DNA of 61,763 nucleotides, filler included. It is 9 parts of 9 records of this genome, joined end to end, with 100 filler letters (N's around TTAATTAATTAA, not from the genome) between each part and the next. Parts side by side here need not be neighbours in the genome. Positions count along the whole stretch, not along the records: positions 56,196 to 61,763 come from DRR723986_170650; 8 more parts are not named here. The stretch is one strand, 5' to 3'. A model generated the notes under the pieces. The model saw nothing but the letters and a program-made list of their open reading frames with translations, made no database searches and was not told the origin of the DNA. The position numbers were made by a program, and so were the translations under genes. This document shows, in pieces, positions 57,868 to 61,763 of the stretch. Within the stretch, counting starts at the first letter, position 1; each line of letters starts with the position of its first letter.

Positions 57868-59394
57868 CTATCTTCTTCTTGATGTACTGCCGCTAGAACC
57901 TGACGAACCTCCACCACGATTCCCTGAAGAACTTGAACCTGAATTCACTGAGCCCCCTCTATTTCCAGAGTTGCTATTTGAATTATAATTCCTGTTATTC
58001 GAATTTGAATTATTGTTTCGATTTTGGGAATTTGTATTTCCTGAATTGTATCGATTTGTAGAATTTCCATTGTAATTTCTGTTCGAACCTCCACTGTTTC
58101 CAGAATTTACAGTACTTCCTCCTGAATTATACTTATTATATCTTCCACTGGAACTTGAACTTGATGGTGAAGTGGCCGGCTTATAATTCCCTGCATTTCC
58201 ACCAGTATTGTTGCCAGCTGTATTGCCTCCTCCTCTATTATCTGAGTTTGATTCAAATTGATTGATAGCAGGTTTGTTTACAATATTTCTTTGAGGTTTA
58301 GAAGTCCCGTTTGTTAAAGTATAGTTTCCTTCTGAATTAGCCGGTTTCACATTGTTACCTGCATTGTTATTCGGTCTATCAATCACCTTGTCATTATTGT
58401 TGCCAAACGGACTTCCCGTTGAATTAGTATTTACAGGTTTCCCTGATACTGTTCCTTGACCTACAGGACTTCCTGCACCACCATTAGGCGGATTGATGCG
58501 ATTATCAATTATGTTTTCAGGTGAAACATTGCTTCCTGCTATCACTGATGAGTTATAAGAAGGAAAAGGTTTTGAAGTGATGTTTTCTACGGGCTTACCT
58601 TCTTTAACCGTATGTTCATAGGTTGTTGTATTTTGAGAATTGGTTCCAGTATTGGTTCCGCCGCGGTGACCGTAATAATGATTACCGTTAGAAGTCACAT
58701 CTTGATTTCCTCCTGAATTCCAATTTCCATTGTTTGGATTACTGTAAAATCCGTTGTAGAACCCAGTATAAAATCCATTATTGTAGCCGTTATAATAACC
58801 ATTGCCCCAATATGGAGATCCCCAATTATTCCATCCATTGTATCCATAATTGGAGTAAAATCCATTACCGTATCCGTAATAGCTGTTATAGCCAAATCCC
58901 CATCCAGAATTTTGTGGACAGTAAGGGTTATAGTATCCTCCATTACCCCAATAGCCTCCACCGTAGTATCCGCCATAATTTGGCTGATAAGCGTAATAAC
59001 CATTGTACTGTCTGGTATGCCAACAGCTACCATAACGGTTGAAATTCATACATGAATACTGGCAAAAATTGAATCCTTGATTCGGATAAGAATTGTAATA
59101 ATTATTATTAATGTGGTTATGCGTTTCATGCCCGTCTTCTTCATAATAGTCATCATAACTATTGTAAAAAGAAGGATTTCCGGCAAAAGTTCGATTTTGA
59201 GGTTGATCCTCTTCGACTTCTACATTATAATTAGATTCTTGGTTTTTAATATAATCTGAATACCCCGCTTGATCATCATTTTCAATAATCTTAGGAGCTT
59301 TCACATCATCATAGGCGTCATCAAAAATTTCTGATGTCCCTGAACAAGACATGAGAAAAGTCAAAGGCGCGATCAAATAGATTGACTTTTTCAT
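57868..59394 (-). CDS. Lipoprotein with Y/G/N-rich and N/S/G-rich low-complexity regions
   Basis: Lipobox LMSC, DDAY motif, long disordered tail ending RRR. Confidence 0.8.
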   Translation of the reverse strand: MKKSIYLIAPLTFLMSCSGTSEIFDDAYDDVKAPKIIENDDQAGYSDYIKNQESNYNVEVEEDQPQNRTFAGNPSFYNSYDDYYEEDGHETHNHINNNYYNSYPNQGFNFCQYSCMNFNRYGSCWHTRQYNGYYAYQPNYGGYYGGGYWGNGGYYNPYCPQNSGWGFGYNSYYGYGNGFYSNYGYNGWNNWGSPYWGNGYYNGYNNGFYTGFYNGFYSNPNNGNWNSGGNQDVTSNGNHYYGHRGGTNTGTNSQNTTTYEHTVKEGKPVENITSKPFPSYNSSVIAGSNVSPENIIDNRINPPNGGAGSPVGQGTVSGKPVNTNSTGSPFGNNNDKVIDRPNNNAGNNVKPANSEGNYTLTNGTSKPQRNIVNKPAINQFESNSDNRGGGNTAGNNTGGNAGNYKPATSPSSSSSSGRYNKYNSGGSTVNSGNSGGSNRNYNGNSTNRYNSGNTNSQNRNNNSNSNNRNYNSNSNSGNRGGSVNSGSSSSGNRGGGSSGSSGSTSRRR

Positions 59395-59471
59395 TGTGGT
59401 TTGGTTTTAGTGAGAAATAATTTATTTCTACATTTGTTTACAATCGAAAAGTTACAAAAATTATACCAAAA

Positions 59472-60947
59472 ATGGCAGAAAAAATTACCAAACGTGAAAT
59501 TGATTACTCAAAGTGGTATCTAGACATCATCAAAGTGGCTGAATTAGCTGAACATTCTGATGTTAAAGGATGCATGGTAATTAAGCCTTATGGTTTCGCA
59601 ATTTGGGAAAAAATAAAGGATCAATTGGACAAAATGTTCAAGGAAACAGGACATCAAAATGCCTACTTCCCAATTTTTGTACCTAAAAGCTTATTTGAAG
59701 CAGAAGAAAAAAATGCTGAAGGATTTGCCAAGGAATGCGCCGTTGTAACTCACCACAGGTTAATGAATGATCCTGAAAATCCAGGAAAATTAATGGTTGA
59801 TCCGAATGCAAAACTGGAAGAAGAATTAGTTGTAAGACCTACATCTGAAGCTATTATTTGGAGTACCTATAAAAAATGGATACAATCATATCGTGATTTA
59901 CCAATCCTGATAAACCAATGGGCTAATGTCGTTCGTTGGGAAATGAGAACTCGTTTATTTTTGAGAACAGCTGAGTTCTTGTGGCAGGAAGGGCATACCG
60001 CCCACGCAACTAAAGCAGAGGCAATCGCAGAAACTGAACAAATGAATGGGATTTATGCCAAATTTGCAGAAGAATTTATGGCTATGCCGGTATTCCAGGG
60101 ATTAAAAACAGAATCTGAGCGGTTTGCTGGAGCTGATGAAACGTATTGTATTGAGGCAATGATGCAAGATGGTAAAGCATTGCAGGCTGGAACATCTCAC
60201 TTTTTAGGACAGAACTTCGCAAAAGCGTTTGACGTTAAATTTGCTGATAAAGAAGGGAAACAAGATTATGTATGGGCTACATCATGGGGAGTTTCTACAA
60301 GATTAATGGGTGCTTTAATTATGACTCACTCAGATGATTTAGGATTAGTTCTTCCTCCTGCATTAGCGCCAATTCATGTTGCCATTGTACCTATTTATAA
60401 AGGTGATGATCAACTAGAAGAAATAAAATCTAAACTAGAACCAATCATTTCAGAGCTTAGATCAAGTGGTGTTGCGGTTAAATTTGATGATGACGATAAT
60501 AAACGTCCAGGATGGAAATTTGCAGAATATGAAGCAAAAGGTGTTCCTGTGAGATTAGCTATTGGGCCTAGAGATTTGGAAAACGGTAAAATTGAAATCG
60601 CAAGACGTGATACTCAAGAGAAAAACGTAATTGATTTATCAGATTGCGTAAAAGAAGTATCACGCCTATTAGAGGAAATCCAAACCAATTTATATCAAAA
60701 GGCACTTGATTTTAGAGAAAAGAACATTCAAATGATTGATTCTTACGAAGAGTTTAAATCAAAAATAGAAAACGGTGGTTTCTTTTTGGCGCATTGGGAT
60801 GGAACCGCAGAAACGGAAGAATTGGTTAAGAAAGAAACGAAAGCAACTATTCGTTGCATACCTTTTGAAGGAGATAAAGAAGAAGGCGTGTGTATGGTCA
60901 CTGGTAAACCTTCAAAACAAAGAGTAATTTTTGCTAAAGCATATTAA
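59472..60947 (+). CDS. proS: Proline--tRNA ligase (archaeal/eukaryote-like type)
   Basis: [37 protein letters not shown] and ATIRCIP motifs; C-terminal FAKAY. Confidence 0.97.
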   Translation: MAEKITKREIDYSKWYLDIIKVAELAEHSDVKGCMVIKPYGFAIWEKIKDQLDKMFKETGHQNAYFPIFVPKSLFEAEEKNAEGFAKECAVVTHHRLMNDPENPGKLMVDPNAKLEEELVVRPTSEAIIWSTYKKWIQSYRDLPILINQWANVVRWEMRTRLFLRTAEFLWQEGHTAHATKAEAIAETEQMNGIYAKFAEEFMAMPVFQGLKTESERFAGADETYCIEAMMQDGKALQAGTSHFLGQNFAKAFDVKFADKEGKQDYVWATSWGVSTRLMGALIMTHSDDLGLVLPPALAPIHVAIVPIYKGDDQLEEIKSKLEPIISELRSSGVAVKFDDDDNKRPGWKFAEYEAKGVPVRLAIGPRDLENGKIEIARRDTQEKNVIDLSDCVKEVSRLLEEIQTNLYQKALDFREKNIQMIDSYEEFKSKIENGGFFLAHWDGTAETEELVKKETKATIRCIPFEGDKEEGVCMVTGKPSKQRVIFAKAY

Positions 60948-60948
60948 G

Positions 60949-61632
60949 ATGAGCCAAGAAGAAGGAAAAAAAATATTAATTAACCTTTTAAAGGTGAAAT
61001 CAGGTCACAAACAAAAGGTATTTAAAAACACAAAAACTCAATTTGGACTTTTTAAAAAAGTGTTAGCTGAAGTCGTTGATAGTTTAGATAAAGAACTGGA
61101 TGCTTCTAAAATTAGACTGAGATTAGAAGATAAAGGCGATTCTGAAGCACATTTATATATAGGTTCTGATGTTTTAGTCTTTCACATGCATTCGAATGTA
61201 TTTCGTCTGCCCAATACTGACTTCGCTACACAGACATCTTATGTAATGAATAATCCTTTGAATGCCTATTGTGGAATAATTCGAGTTTATAATTTTTTGG
61301 CAGATTCATATGAGTTCAATAGACATCATGATATCGGTTATATGATTTGTAGAGTATTGGTGAATAGTGAAAATCATTTTAAAGTAGAAGGTAAGGGTCA
61401 GTTAGGTTACATCTATCAAAACTTTATGAATCAAACCTTAAATGCTGATATCATGCGGGAAATGATCTTAAGAATTGCCATTTATGCAATAGACTTTGAC
61501 TTGTTAACACCTCCTTACCAGACTGTTAGCCAAGTTTCAGTTGCAGAGTTACAGACCTTGAGTAGCGACTCAAAGCAAAAAACTGGAAAGCGTCTTGGAT
61601 TCCAGTTCAGCACGAAATCAAATATTAGATAA
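60949..61632 (+). CDS. Conserved Bacteroidota hypothetical protein
   Basis: FHMHSNVF, YNFLADS, HF-x-VEGKGQ and KTGKRLGF motifs. Confidence 0.8.
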   Translation: MSQEEGKKILINLLKVKSGHKQKVFKNTKTQFGLFKKVLAEVVDSLDKELDASKIRLRLEDKGDSEAHLYIGSDVLVFHMHSNVFRLPNTDFATQTSYVMNNPLNAYCGIIRVYNFLADSYEFNRHHDIGYMICRVLVNSENHFKVEGKGQLGYIYQNFMNQTLNADIMREMILRIAIYAIDFDLLTPPYQTVSQVSVAELQTLSSDSKQKTGKRLGFQFSTKSNIR

Positions 61633-61683
61633 AAATTACCATCAAAATTTTTCAATTTTTCTTGCTATAAAATTTTTTAGCGG

Positions 61684-61691
61684 TATATTTG
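61684..61691 (+). promoter_or_regulatory. Housekeeping promoter -7 element for the tRNA
   Basis: TATATTTG (TAnnTTTG) with TTG about 20 nt upstream. Confidence 0.6.
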
Positions 61692-61733
61692 CACTCCTTT
61701 TTGGCAAGAATATTTTTATTCAAGACTAAAAAC

Positions 61734-61763
61734 GGCCCATTCGTCTAGTGGTTAGGACGCCAG
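61734..61763 (+). tRNA. tRNA 5' fragment, most likely tRNA-Glu (cut by window end)
   Basis: GGCCCATTCGTCTAGTGGTTAGGACGCCAG matches the tRNA-Glu acceptor and D arm; anticodon not reached. Confidence 0.75.

Noticed and set aside
455-59259. Numerous short ORFs antisense to or nested in recognised genes (e.g. 455-748, 4341-4877, 34402-34722, 46139-46495, 55046-55354, 58695-59033)
   Set aside because: Shadow frames of well-supported genes with no motifs of their own.

Overview
This window is not one chromosome segment. It is nine Bacteroidota contigs joined by eight identical 100-nt N linkers, each containing TTAATTAATTAA, so no synteny can be read across linkers. Composition and gene style suggest several source organisms. 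Eight contigs are ordinary chromosomal DNA: queG-corA-nadC-gpmI; rhomboid/L,D-transpeptidase/ptrB; photolyase plus a TPR-kinase/LytTR pair; T9SS cargo proteins; dapA-nrnA-FKBPs-ECF sigma; atpAG-flippase-dut; ilvDBNC; proS with tRNA fragments. Contig 3 (12536-23162) is the standout: an apparently complete ~10.6 kb integrative element whose two ends are adjoining pieces of tRNA-Asn(GTT) and fit together into an attP-like core. It encodes a tyrosine integrase with arm-type repeats at both ends and a small 2OG-Fe(II)-oxygenase-like protein with HxH instead of HxD. Its 854-aa replication protein fuses an SF2 (DEAH) helicase to a family-A/TV-Pol-like polymerase domain and ends in an SSB-like DEVPF tail. 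Two core operons are preceded by the same non-housekeeping bipartite promoter-like motif, and an oppositely oriented block carries an HsdR-N-like nuclease and exported proteins. No capsid, terminase or relaxase gene is recognisable, and by eye the element has no GATC or CATG sites. It looks like a satellite-like mobile element of Flavobacteriia with its own helicase-polymerase. All family assignments come from motif recognition only; no searches were run.
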